Positions 13,901-28,900 of a DNA stretch of 64,000 bases are shown in pieces. Made by a program: the position numbers and the translations under genes. Source of the DNA: Hormiphora californensis. Its lineage: Eukaryota; Animalia; Ctenophora. Under the pieces are notes generated by a model. That model was given only the letters and a program-made list of their open reading frames with translations, had not been told where the DNA came from and did no database searches. The stretch lies in the NCBI GenBank assembly GCA_020137815.1, contig CM035361.1, positions 806,001 through 870,000 on the forward strand, given 5' to 3'. Position 1 is the first letter of the stretch. Every line of letters starts with the position of its first letter.

Positions 13901-16900
13901 AAGAGTAGATAGGAATATATCTTACCGGTAGGAGGCAGATCATGCCAGCCCAAATAAGGACACAAACCCCTCCCCAGATGGAAAATGGGCCTGCCCAGCC
14001 GTACTTGGTGAAGGTTACCCCTCCCACAGCTGCTGCTACTGCCGCACCCAGCCAGTTGCCACTGTTACTAAAGGAAGAACTGACCTGAAATAAGAAGATG
14101 GGGCAATGTATTTCGAGCTACGAAACCGAAAAGACCTGAAAGAAGATGGGGAAAGAAGATGGGGCAATGTATTTCGAGCTACGGAACCGAAAAGACCTGA
14201 AAGAAGATGGGGAAAGAAGATGGGGCAATGTATTTCGAGCTACGGAACCGGAAAGTGCCCCGTGTATAATGCAACTGGGGTTCCAGTTTGCGCACAAACT
14301 TCCCAAGACTTGAACAAAAAACAAAGGGCAGGTTTTAGTAAACCAAAACGTGAATTGATAAGAGTGCGGTTGCCATGGTTACCCCTTTCACACATACCTT
14401 TACGTGATCAGAGTGGTTGCCATGGTTACATACCTTTACGTGATCAGAGTGGTTGCTATGGTTACATACCTTTACGTGATCAGAGTGGTTGCCATGGTTT
14501 GCCTAGCTAGACTCTGTTTCTCGTGCCCGCCCGCGAAACACAAATGTTAAGGAGGGTTAGAACATAGCAAGCCATGCAGTTACATACCTTTACGTGATCA
14601 GGAAGCCAGATATTACAGCTGATCTGGGTGGTCTGCGTGACAATAAACCCAAAATATCCGTGGAAGAACTTGAGGATGAAGAGAGTGGATACGGCGTTGT
14701 AGATCCCCATCTGTGGAGCAGCCCAACCGATGAGTCCTTGAACTGAAAGACATTTAGTGTGTTCCCAGTGTTATAGGAGAGAGCCCTGCAGCTTCGACAA
14801 AGTCAAGACTTGGTGGTTTGGAGCTCATGCTCGACAAGTTTTCAAGTGGTGGTTTCACTGAAACATGAACGGTACGGTAGAATTATGTTTATTGGCCCTT
14901 GTTGGTCAGCTATGTTTTTTTAATGAAACAATAAACATGTACCCGTCAATTTAACACCTATAGTCGAGGTATTATATTTAACAGCATTCCGGTACCCACT
15001 TCTTCTGTCAGAGCATTGGCATTCTTTCAAGCACGAGAACTGTGGTCAGAGCATTGGCCTTACAACACTTCATGATAAATGTACTCACGGAAGTTGCCGA
15101 TGATCTGTGCCGCTACTCCGAGGATTATGATTGAACGGAGTGATAGGATTTTCCGTTCAACCAGCATGTCCACTATGTTTATGGGGAGGTTGCAGAAGTA
15201 CCCGATACCCGGGGCCAGGCCGAAGAAACCGACAATGATTCTGGGGATACCTGCAGGAGAGAAATATGGTGCTCAAGGACAATAATTCTGAAGTTACATA
15301 AAATAGGAATCACGACAACAAAACACAATGATCATCCGGGTAAACCGGAGTTCCATTGTATATAATACACAATTGTCAATTGTACAGATGAATCATCTGA
15401 GATGATAGAAAATGATATTAAACCAACCTAAGTTATCATGAAGATGAATAACGTAGAAGGAAGAGGGGAGAAAGGCGATTGAACATGCGATAAACTGACT
15501 AATAAATAATCCCAACATCGCCTTGGCTGCGGCACTGTTCATGGTAGAGGTGTGTGTGTGTTGTCAAAGAAAGGGAGTGCTTTGTAGTATCCTTTCAGTA
15601 GATATGTGTAGGTAGATCAGTGGATATGTGTAGGTAGTGAGTTTGGGAGGTTCGGAAAGAGACTCCGAGCTGCGGACCAGGAACGAGTTTTTAAAGACTC
15701 CGAGCTGCGGACCAGGAACGAGATAAATAATAATAGTAGAAGAAGTGTTGTTGATATCAATCCATCCACCTGACTGAATCTTGAAACTGCTGCAACACAA
15801 AAAAGGGGGGACTTTTTAATTTGCAGCAGATCAAAACGGTTACATTGTGAACTGTTATGTAATTAGCAGCTGAACTAGGCATTGCAAAGTCGGGGAATGT
15901 AAACAAACAATCATTGTACACACATGGCAGACATGGCAGACATGGGAAGAAGAGGTGGGCCGGAAGTGAAATATATTAAATTCGTGCACATGTTGTGCAG
16001 TTCCAAAAATTGGGAAACATTCAATTTTGAAATCGGCTGAATGGATGTATTAACAAGCTTGAATAGTTAATTAATAAGCATCTTTTTTGAGTTAAACTTT
16101 TACCCCTTTGTGGTTTGTGTACTAACTGTTTTACTTCACAGTTCACCACGGGTTTAAACTAACCACAAACCCACGTAATATGTAGATTAAATATAATCAC
16201 TTTAGCGTTACTTAATATACAGTAGTACTAGTAGTATTGAGGGGCGTGAAATCACATTTACTAACAGAATGCCCGAATAATCTCGCTTACTTCACTCATC
16301 TCATCTCCTCTGACACTCCTCTCACTCTCGATCTCATCTGCCTCTCTCCCTATCTCTCTCTCTCGACTCTAATATACTACGCAAAGCTTGCCTGACTAGC
16401 GCAACAATCCCAAGCCCGAATCATAAGCACACTGAGATGATCCGTGGTAGCGATCCGATGATCCGTGGTGGCGGTCTAAAGACTGAAAGACCAATACACA
16501 GTATCGCCTATCGGGGAAGACCCTCCGACAAATATAGAGACCATGTTAAGCCCGTCTGATGACCATGGCCTGATAGTCAAGCAACGTTCCACCAATCCGC
16601 TACCAGTTAGCAAGAAACTTATCATGTAGCCCTTTGTGTGGGGGCAGTGTTGGACACCCCTGGTACCGATAATGGGTTTCCCGGGAATTTATCCCTAACC
16701 TTAACACACGTTACATGTAGATTTGCCGCTCTACAACACCCCCTATCTTAGAGAACACCAGGGTAGGATCAAGTGTTTTCCGGAAAACTGAGCAGCAGAA
16801 TATACCATTCAAATAACTGAAGATAATTTTCCGTGGAAATAACGCCGAATACTCAGCACTATACAATCATCAATAGCGGCTATAAATTCTCTCGCTCTCT

Positions 16901-19900
16901 CTATTTTTCTCATTTATTATCTCAAATTATGATTGTCGATTTATCACGTCCGAAAAAGAAGATCAGTGCCTCTTTTTATGAAAATCACAAACAGTTCCGT
17001 CAATAAAAACCACTTATTAAACCATGCATTAACGTTAATTGATGATGCTGAGGTAAACACCAAACAATGTACTGGGAGTTGGGAGAGATCTTTGAAAAAA
17101 GGAAAAAAACCCGGTAAAACATATATTCTTTGAAAACATGGATTCACCAATCACGGAGGAAGTCACAAAATGAAATAACAGCTAAACTCAACTTCAACTC
17201 AGTCAACTGTATTGTCACTGGGAAATCAAGGGATCACCAAAATTTAAATGAACCCCACGCTGGCAACAAAAACATATGACGCCGGAAAGGGGGTTGCTAT
17301 GAGAACAACACAAACAATGCCAGATATATCGTCACTGAAAAACTTGCAAAGAGTTAGAATACAAACCATCCTAGATCACGTTTTCTATTTTAAGTTGAAC
17401 CTAAATACAATAGGCCATATATATACCGGTTGAGCAACTGATAAAAGATCGATAAACTACAGTATGTTAGCCGTTATAATTAGTTTGCATATATGAAAAC
17501 AAGAGGGAGTGATTTGAGTTTGACAGATAGGTGCTAAAGAGGTATATACCAGGTCGTATTGATGTGTCGAGCCAGCCTAGTGGCATGGTCTTTTGAGCTA
17601 AAGAGACAGACCAGGTCTACCAGCTGGTATCATGCTATAGTCATAGACCAGAGTAGAGTTTGCCTAGTTAGACCCCAAGTGCCCCGAATTTCAGAAATCG
17701 AAAAAAATATTTTTCTAAGCCTTCAGCTAGGCTGCAAGATTCTATTCGCTAGGCTGCAAATTTTTGCTCGGTCTCGGCTGCTACGCAGCCTCGACCTCGC
17801 GACGTACGTCAGCATCGTAGAAGTTGGGCTAATAGAGAAAAAAGTACCATTTTCGGGGCAAAATCATCGTGCAGCCCAGAATGGGAAAATTTCCTCAAAA
17901 TTTTCTGCAGCCGGGCTGCAAGAATCTCGACACCGAAATACATATGTATTTCACACTCTAATGAGGGGGATGGATATGTGACACCATTCTGGGACGCCCT
18001 GTTAGAACATTGGCCTGACAGGGGACGCCTAATTAGCAAAATCATCGTGCAGCCCAGAATGGGAAAATTTCCTCGAAATTTTCTGCAGCCGGGCTGCAAG
18101 AATCTCGACACCGAAATACATATGTATTCCATATATACTCTAATGAGGGGGATGGATATGTGACACCATTCTGGGACGCCTTATTAGCACTGTTAGCCAA
18201 TACGGGATATTAAACACATGTGATTCCCGGGCTGCAGTATCAGTCGAGGTTATTTTATTTAGGCTGCAACAAATCAGTCAGGCTGCAAATATTTGCTCAA
18301 AAAATTACACGGGTTTGCAATATCGGGGCACAGTGCGCCCCGCCCGAAAATAAATTGGGTTTGAACAAAACAATGTAGAATCGCTCGACAGTGACACTGT
18401 CCCCACATAAGACCAGATGGTTGCTGATAAGTGGTAAAAGTCACGCCACATTAATAAGTAATTTTTGGCTTATTTTATACTTATGTTATAGGTAAAAGAT
18501 ATTATAGATTATTGACAATTGAGGTGTATGTAAAAGACATTTTATTAAGCCGAATCTGCCCATCGAACTAACGCTAGTGCTGTATGTCAGTGTGTTCAGA
18601 TAGGATTGGCCCTGTCAGACAGATACCGTGACAGTATTTATTACTCGCTATTTCCCCACAGGTACCGGACCTGGCATACTGCTCCTTGATGATTTAGGTA
18701 TTCCACCTGTACATGAACGCTTTAACCATGAAGAAGTCCAAGAGGTAAATTTTCCGATATATTAGGGGGTATTATTAGGGAGTATATGCATAAACCCGGA
18801 TTGCCCAGATAGTCCGGATAATTGGTATTTTGAGGATAACCTAGAGGACACTCCGGGATATCTGGGTATGATTATCAAATCTATACGGGCTATACGAGTT
18901 ATCTGGGCATGATTACCGGAGTATTCCAGCTCGTACATGATGGAATAACTTTCCTGAAAATTCCTATTATCCGGACTATCCGGGTTTATGCATACCCCCC
19001 TATTAATTGTGTCATGTGGTGTTGTTTGGAAAAAGAACGTGTGGTAAATTATTTTAATCGGAAATCTTTTGTTATCCGACAGTGGCATATAATCTGTCAC
19101 CATTACGTTTCATATTTTGATTAATCAGCAATTGCTCAGTGTTCTGTCTCTGAATCCATCCCGACACTTCCATCTATGGACGATAACGCGACGCTATCAC
19201 TACCCAGTACTATAGATGAGAGGGAGGAAGGGGTCAGATCTGCAGAACAGGTGAGAAACTGTAGCCGCGAAGTGTCGGGTCACGTGAGAGGCTATACAGT
19301 CGGACCCCGATTTACCGGAACCCCGATTTACCGGGAGGATAAACTTCCCCCGGTATAGGAAATTAACAGTATTTCACCCCGATATACCGGGCACCCCGAT
19401 TTACCGGGCAAAATCGTTTCCCCCGAGCATCCCGGTAAATCGGGGTCCGACTGTACTATTTTGAAGGGGGGTATGTGGAGTTTGGTGACATAGACACCTG
19501 GCGCGACCCCCCGCATACATGTGAGCTCAATCTCGGTCGCGCAAGGTGTCTATGTCACCAAATGTGGAGTCACGGTTCACCAGTGACTGTCGAATGGGTT
19601 ACTTTGAGGATATGTTTTAATTTCTCCAAAACGGACCATGAATAGGGAGAAAAGAGAAGCATGAAACTCACAGATGTTTGCTGTATGGTTACTGATCTGT
19701 CTCGAATTATTGGCACACAGATTGTTATCGTGATCTTCTGGAACAATACAGTGAATACAGTGACGATCTATAAGATCAACATCAATATACTGGTGTCAAA
19801 AGTTTGCCAAATACTGAACACACATCACGCGATATCTTCTCTGTCTCCATTTTTATCTCTATCAATAATCAATATCATCCCCGATTAGATACAGTCGGAC

Positions 19901-22900
19901 CCCGATTTAGCAGATCCCCGATTTGCCGGGAAAATCGTTTCTCCCCTAGGGCGGTAAAAACTGACCGGGGTCTGCCTAAATATTATACCCTTTCAGATGA
20001 AAAGTTTTTCTAATTTTTCTAATTTTCCTCGCTATTTAACCCTGAACAGATCTCTTCATCTATCAATGAGGATAACATTGTTATTATATTTCCATCCCTT
20101 TTCAGACACTGCACTACTCAGAGGAGGATGAAGGAGCTAGAAGTACTGGCAGAGAACGGCTAACGAGCGATTTGTACTCTGTAGTTTCCGATATTACAGG
20201 TACTAGTGGGTGTTATTGTGATTTGTGGGGTGGGGGGTGGGTAATGAGCGATTTGTACTCTGTAGTTTCTGATATTACAGGTATGCTTGGGTGTTATTGG
20301 GGGGGGGGGGCTGAAGGTTGCCATTTGCCATGATGATTTCCAGAATCCGGTTTAAACTCAAAATAACAAAATAAAACTACAATTTTTACAAAAGTTTCGC
20401 CAAGCTTTAAAGACACAATAATCGTATAATGTACTTTGGTAAAACTTCAACTTCAATACATTTTCTGCAAACTTGAAAACAAGATGACTACACGCCGTAG
20501 AATAGTCTATTCAATATCTTCTAAAATAATTATTTTGTTTTTCCTATTTCCATTTTCGGTTATAGAAACTATGATTTAGGCCAAGGTATGCTCCATAAGT
20601 GCGTTATACTCCTTCCCGTTGTGGTCCTCTTGGAGCTCACTGGCTTCCTAAAAAGAGGGGAGTGTTAGAATCTTGTTACCATGGTTACCATGGTTAGTGG
20701 TTATACCTTGTACCTTGTTATTTGAATCTAGTGTAAACAAAGGTTTTTTCAATGCTTCAATTAATGAAGTGTTCCATGCTTGATCAGGATTCACTAGAAT
20801 CAGAATTTATGCAATGTCATTTAGTAAGAAATTAGTCGGTTATCAGGAGATTTTTCACAGTAAGTCAATTGGGTTTCAATGATGCAATTAAAAAATAGAT
20901 ATACAGATGGTAGATGTCATAAAAGTTGCTAAAAGATTTGGATTCAAAAAGATAGGGGTTTAAAAGATGTTTTTATCTCCATGCAAATCCTCAGGTTTGT
21001 TGATTTGCTCATTCTTTATGTTAATTTTTTTTGAACTGGCGCACCCAATTAGGTATAAAACGCCGGAAAATCCGTATAAGATCTTGTTGACTCAACCACA
21101 ATTAATGTCGAGTATCACAGCAAACAGAATTATGCTCATAATTGCTCATAATTGCTCGTAATTGCTCATATAACTAGCCTGTACCGATCAGAAAATCACG
21201 ACATAGCAACATCACTATCATTGGTTACACCAACATTACCAATAGTCACACCATTTGTAAGACCCATCTCTACGGAGCTGGCCTTTTCATCTTCCTCCTC
21301 GAACTAATGTGTGTGTTAACTCAGGTTACCATGGTAACTATTGAGACAAGTGAAAACAAGTTTTTTACACAATCAACAAATGTTTCACGCAAAAGCGATC
21401 GTCAGGATTTAAAATTGTAAACTTGTTTACTCGTTAACAGTCCTCTGCTCCTTCATAAAGTTGGATGTTTCATGAGTTTAACGGCTAGATACTTCCTCTT
21501 GTGCGGACACTTGTTTAACAGTTCGCTCTTCCTGTTTATCAGGTCCTTCCCTCTGAGGATGTGGTACTTTTCCGCCAGACACAGATTACAGGTTATATTA
21601 CCAGGTTGATATGTGCGAGCTTTGGCTAATAATCGCCATGTTATGTCATGTCTTATGTCTCTGTCCTTTAGTCTCCAGACTAGTTTGGACAGTTCTGTCT
21701 CGTTTTTGTATCTGTCGTGTCTGAATGTAGTTTTGTGTGTGTTCAGTCTGGATTTAAACGTCCCCTCGGCCATTCCGACGTATTTTGACTCCTTGTTCCC
21801 GTGCTTCACAGTAGCCTCGTACACTACCCCTGTTGTTGGTTCAACCCGCCATTCTCGAAAAATGTGGCTACGGATATCGGAAAACAGTTTTTCGACCTAC
21901 TGAGGCTGCACTTTCCTCCCCAACACCCATTTCACCGGCTCTTCAACAAAAAGACGGTAAAATTGTCCTACTCTACCATGATGAACATGGACAGCATCGT
22001 CAAGGCTACCAACAAGAAGCTCCTGAAGAAAGCAGAAGAGATGCATGAAGGGAAGGGAAAGGAATGCAACTGCAGGAAAGCCGAATCATGCCCCGTAAAT
22101 AAAAAGTGCCTAACAACAGGGGTAGTGTACGAGGCTACTGTGAAGCACGGGAACAAGGAGTCAAAATACGTCGGAATGGCCGAGGGGACGTTTAAATCCA
22201 GACTGAACACACACAAAACTACATTCAGACACGACAGATACAAAAACGAGACAGAACTGTCCAAACTAGTCTGGAGACTAAAGGACAGAGACATAAGACA
22301 TGACATAACATGGCGATTATTAGCCAAAGCTCGCACATATCAACCTGGTAATATAACCTGTAATCTGTGTCTGGCGGAAAAGTACCACATCCTCAGAGGG
22401 AAGGACCTGATAAACAGGAAGAGCGAACTGTTAAACAAGTGTCCGCACAAGAGGAAGTATCTAGCCGTTAAACTCATGAAACATCCAACTTTATGAAGGA
22501 GCAGAGGACTGTTAACGAGTAAACAAGTTTACAATTTTAAATCCTGACGATCGCTTTTGCGTGAAACATTTGTTGATTGTGTAAAAAACTTGTTTTCACT
22601 TGTCTCAATAGTTAAGCTCTCCGCATCCCCGGATCGAGCACTCTACCAGGATACTAACTTCTACATCTAGCTAGTTACCATGGTAACAATTGTTTTGGTT
22701 ACCATGGTTATCACTAGTTACCGTTTTGAGATTCGTATGTTTTCAATTGATTTATTTCATGCGGTGAAACAAGCGGTAGCGCCAGCCGGAAAGCTTTTGA
22801 AATAAATGCAACAACTAAGTTAATTAATTTGTTAACTAATTAGTTAACTAATTAATTAAGTAATTAACTAATTAATTACCTCGAAGTAGGGAGCCTCGTT

Positions 22901-25900
22901 GATCAGCATGATGTTGTTGACTGTATCAAAGACAGGCAGTCGAATAAGAAGACCTGAAAGTTGCAAATTGTCAACTAAACGATATTTCAAAATCAAATCA
23001 AAGGGTATGATCCAATTCAGAAACTGGACTTGTGATGATATACCAGGATATAATATTATCCTTCAATTATCTCGATTCTAATTAAGTTGAAGGAGCTGTA
23101 AAATTATACCCACCGTTTAATACTCCAACTACAAAGCTGATGAGAAGTGTGACTGCGATACTGGCAAGGATCATTCCAAACTGCTCTCCAGTGCTCACAC
23201 CATCCCCCTCTGTCCACATGGTGTCTCGAGAGAAGTATCTGGGGGAGGTATCGTAGGGTAATTGAATAGATGTGGCTAATTCGGGGATAATTCCATGGTG
23301 TCTCGGGAGATGTATCCATGGGAGTTGCCATGGTTACTCACTGGTTATAACTGTTTGGTTGCCATGGTTACTCACTGGTTATAACTGTTAGGTGTGGCGA
23401 GAACAACAATACCAGCAGCAAGTGCACCAAATACTCCGGGAATTCCGTGGAGCTGAGTCGCACCAGCACTGTCCATAACACCCACTCCTTCGAGCATCTC
23501 AGCAATCTTGGCGTAGCCCACACTGGATAGAGCACCCGCCAGACCTGAGAAGATCATGGTATTTACAAACACGTTCGCTATGTCACTAGGTTTTACAGTA
23601 CCTCCAATAAGAACGGGAACCCAGGGAGCAACGTTGAAGCTGCAGCTCATTCCAATACTGACACCGCCAGCGAGGGTAGCATTCTGGACCTCTATCTGTA
23701 AATAGGTGGTTGTAACCTTGGTTACGAAATAATCCCTCAGGCTGCCTCGCGACCTTCGCGCTGACAAGGTAGGGGTAGAAGAAGAAGGTAGGGGTCACTT
23801 CCTTACCAAGTTGTAACCCTTGTGATGATCACTCATATCTAGACATCGTAGATTCTATAATTCTTTCTAGTTGCCATGGTAACTAAACACCTAGTTACCA
23901 TGGTTACTAACTTACCATAGCGAATTTCCCCTTGTGCAGGAGTGCGCTGGTAAGGATTCCAGTTACACAGCTCGCACAAATGGCAATGTAAGTGTTCACA
24001 ACAACCCGCTGTTGAACTGTGACGTCATCGAAGAGCAGGGCACCTGATCAGGGAATTAGTTAACTTACTTTGAGCTTTGTATATCTTGCTATACAAAGTT
24101 GAGGTGAAAGGGAGAATCTTTCTTTCCCTCAACGTTGTATATATTTGCTGTAACAAGTTGAAGGAAGGAAGAAGAGAGATGAAGAGGCGGATAAAAGCAA
24201 AAATTATACTGGGGTCCAGATCGCGTCTTTCTTCAATTCGTACCGTTGAAGCTAGGCCAGAACATCCACAGGACAATGGTTCCGATCATGGCGAAGCTGT
24301 CTGAGGTGTAAGTGGTCTTCCTGTTCTCCTCAGGGATGTTTTTAGCCTGATTTGAAGAGAGATTTAGAGATATTACAGGAAGATGCACGGGGATGTTTTT
24401 AGCCTGATTTGAAGAGATTTAGAGGTTAAAGGAAGTACAAGCTAGCTGTTGGAGATAAGTAATAATATGTGGGATTGTCGGGGAATACTACATCATATAA
24501 TCGAAATACAAAACGGATTTTCTTGACTTTTTGACACACATCAATAGTAATAAGCCTTGCAGTTTAAACTCACTTTGGTGCCGAGTCCAAGAGTGATTCC
24601 CAGTCCAAAGAAGGCTCCGAAAGCATGAGTCAGAATAGAGCCACCAGCATCACTTGTCTGAAATTAGGGGATCTTACCAGATCTTACGGAATTAACTCTG
24701 GTCACCTTGGGACATATTGGATACCATGATGGTAACTTTGATTACTTTGGTTACCATGGTAACTACTGACTACTCACGTGTAGGAAATGAATGATGATAT
24801 GCTCGTTAATCTTCATGGCAAGAGGTTCAATAAGACAGATGAGGATCAGCTGGGTTGGTGAGGTAAACCCGTAGAGAACTCCGAAGGTGATGAGAACCGC
24901 TGCCGTGACAAGATCAGCACCGATCATCCTGAAATACGTGATGATGTTGTGGTTTGGGTTTGGAACACTAATATTAATTTGGAAATTATGTGGTTGAGGT
25001 TTAGGTTTGGTTTAAGGTTTTATTTGAGGCTTATTTTCTTTCTTCTTAACTATCATGGTTTGATGCTGTTTTGTTGATTCATGTTTAAGTTAGAATTCTA
25101 TCCTTTTATAGTAATTTATTTGAGATCAATTGATACTTCTGCAGCGATTGTGCCTGTTTCTCTTTTTTGCGGATAATATATTGTTATTCTATTCTATTAT
25201 GTTGTTCTCGGTAACTGTATTATGTCACTGGATACTCAGTTTCTAGCTGTGATTGGATTTTGATATCACAAAAGGATAATATATTCAGGAGAATTATATA
25301 CTTACGCAGTTATGTTGATTTCTGCTTTTATGAATTCGCCCTCGAAGATGCTGCTGACAATGCACGTGCATACCTGAAACATGTGATCATTCAATACACA
25401 AACACGTGATCACGTGATGCCCAAATAAGGAATAATCTGTACCTGGCACCACAGGAAGCAAAGCCCACAAATGAACAGGTTGAAGGTGATTCCAGCCCAG
25501 GTGTACTTCTTACAGAAGGCATACAGGAATCCAAAACCCATGACACACATCGCGGTCGCATCCATCATCACTGAAATAGGAGAGAGAGAGAGAGAGTGGT
25601 GTTTTGGTGTTTTTGATGACCAAATATGGTCATTGACCATATACGGTGCTGTATGACCATATATGGTAGTTTGACTTACTTCCATAGCTGCCCATCATGC
25701 TTCCACTGGTGAGGCGAAGGGGAGTCCTGATGACCGTGTCATTAGCGCCCTCACTGACATCGGGAACACTGTCAGAATCTAGCTTGGTACAAACTCCAAA
25801 CAGAATTATAACCACAACCTGAGGAGATATTTGGAATGAAAATATGGATGATACTCCTCGAGATGTGTGTGTTGGAATAAAGTAAGATCGCAAAATGTCT

Positions 25901-28900
25901 GTGGTATCTAAGGAAGCGGAAGCCGGAAGGTGATCTTGAAACTATAAAAAGTTTAAGTAGTTTTTATTAGAAGATGATTATAGATCAGTTACAACTTACA
26001 AAGACGATATACCCCGTAATGGGTAGAGTGAACTGCTTCATCCCTTTACCAGCTTGTGAGTAACAATTAACAGCTAGGTTTAAAGAGAAATGGTCGGTTA
26101 GTTTGTCCTTTACATGAGAGTCTAGCTAGGCAACGGTTACTGTGGTTGATATATATCAGGTTTGTGGTGTGGTTGGTGGTACCAAAAAAACATAAAGCTT
26201 TCAGATGATATAGAACAAGTTAGCAAAAAGCTCATCAAATTATGCGGCTCGCCCGTGGAGGGATCAGACGTGCGACAATATATCGCTTGAGAGGATATGT
26301 TTAACTCTAAAAATGATGGTGAGACAATCTTGATAAATGAGAGATTCCTTCAAGTCTGGATATATTCCCTACCATGTAGGGCCCCAGGCCATGGTGATGC
26401 CCCATTGTGAGAGCTGAATGCGTCTGAATACTTATCGGATGAATGAATGGATTAAAGAATGGCAAATGGAAAATATTTTATCTCCAGCCCCTCTCTTTTT
26501 CTCCCTAATCCTCTGTTAACAGCATATATATAGACCGCGAATATTTTCTTCTTTTCCTAACTGAGCTATAAGGTACCACGCTTACTCGTATTTATCAAAC
26601 CGCATTGATCTTGGAGAGCTGCATCTCATTCTCAATCTGGAGTTCTCTTTTCAGATGCCTTTCTTTTCCCCACACATGTAGCAAAATTTGTCGATGGGGA
26701 TATCGGTATAGCTAACTATCATATAAATATCATATTCATAGTACATGCTTTCAGTTATCCGTTAAAATTACAGTGGTCTCTGGAGCAGCTCAATTTTGGA
26801 GAGAAAATAAAGGAAGAATACTTTAGAGGGCGAACATGAAAACATAAATTACAACAGGCTGTAAAAGTTCAAAACTAAAAAAAAACTAAAAACCTCATAG
26901 CAAAAGACACGATCTATAGATAGATAGAAAAGACACGATGGAAGGTTCCTATAATCTTAGAATATCATGCTGGGTATTTCCAGAAAGAATTAGAAAATTT
27001 CGTTCAGCCAAACACTATGGGCCTCAAAGGGTTAACTAACAATTATAAACAGACAGACACGATGGAAGAAGCGAGACTAGCCTTGTGCCACTCCGGCCGT
27101 TTTAACTGCTCAGTGCTCAATGCTCATGCATAAAACACTCACACCTTAGACACTGCCCACTGGATATATCCAGAGATCTCTTTCTCTCCCATGGCCCTTT
27201 TTAGTTGGCACGTAAAACATCGTGAGTGGTTCTGGTGTGAAAAAGAGGGCCGTATAATAACAAAGCCATATGCGTGAATTTAGAGAGACATGGGTGGTAA
27301 ATGAAAGGTCAATTACTAATCTCGCAAATGTTTTTTTTTCAAAAAGCACTTTAAGAGATCAGAAGAAGTACTCAAAAGCAAAACATAAGGTGAGCTTGCG
27401 TGCCAACTACTAATCTGACCTTTCCCAGTTCCCACATTTGAGTAACTCAACAACACATTTGAAATTTGGAAATTATAGCAATATAGTACCTCTTTACAAA
27501 TGTAAAAGAAGGTTAGAACATAACAAACAACGTAAATGGTTATTGTTGAAATATTGTCAAAAAGGCCCAAGTATTTGTTTGGATTTTCTAGCAGCCAATA
27601 AAGAAAGGGATAGTGCGAAAGTTGAACGACTGGTAACGAAGTTACACCATGCAGCTACAATTTATTGAATTTGTAGAACATATATCACGCCCATTGTGTG
27701 GCCTGCATGGTACTTATTCGGAAACGAGTTGCCTAGCACGAAAACAGAATCCAATGCTCCTTTATCAAATTTGGTAACTGCTCCTTTATAAATTTAACTG
27801 TCTGAAAGTCTCGACCACTAGTATGTAAAGGCACGAGGGACATAATTTTCAAATGGAATGTTGCCTACTGGTAACATTTTCACGAACCAATATTTCTCCT
27901 TTGGCCAAACGGGAAACAAAATTACGGGTGTGAATCGAAATTGGTGTGAAGCACCGGGAAAAGAAACGGAGAGAGATTTTTGGGGGATGGAGAGTAGGAA
28001 ATAATTTATTTTACTATCGGGGCCAAGGGACCAATTCGATATCAGCATAGTTTTTTATAAAATATGGAGCAATTTGTTATTTTATCGCGGCAGGAAGTTA
28101 CAGAACAGCTTCAATATGGAGTTTAACACATAAATTGCACACCATATCAAACGTAGTGGCTTGCAAAAATAACAAACAACACAGCATATCCTCTCTCTCT
28201 CTCTCTCCCTAATTATTGTAACAAACTCTCCAAACAAAACCGCATACGCGATCTCTCATGCGTGCCAGCCCCAACGCCCAATATTCCATCTATTTTTTCT
28301 CTCAATCCCAGCTCTCACAAAGCCACCATCTCCCCTTCCTTCAAAGTTTCTCTTCATCTCTAGTTCAGCTGTTACCAGCCTTTTGTTTCAAAAGGAGGAC
28401 AGAACAGAAAGAGTGACAGTTCGCCTTTATTCGAACACATAACGGTATAAAGACTAACAGTAACAAAAATAGTGAGATGAAGAAAGGCCGGCTAACTTCT
28501 AGAGCACTTCACTATTGCATGCTAGTGTATTGTTTAGAGCCACACACACGTGTGGCTGGAACTCCAGTTGTAACAAGCACAGCCTAGTGCCTACAAGTTG
28601 AAAATAGTGGGGGGTATTCTAAAACGTATGCCTGTCTTGAGTTATTGAATACCCTATTGAATACCTTAAACCCGCCCACAGCATATACTGGTGATACAAA
28701 CTATAGGGCAACCCACGTACATCTATTCGATCTAGAGACATAAGATGCACTGTGTCGCAGATGTATGTTGATGGCCCTCATGATACGTGCTCATTCTAGG
28801 CAACCTGGACATAATAGTAGGGGGTATTTATATAATCCCAGACAACCTGGACATAGTGTGATTCCGGAAATGACTGATACACACCGGATCATGTGATGCC

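Noticed and set aside
21801-21836. N-terminus [12 protein letters not shown] of the PLE ORF
   Set aside because: Artefact of reading across the inversion junction; true homology starts at WFNPP
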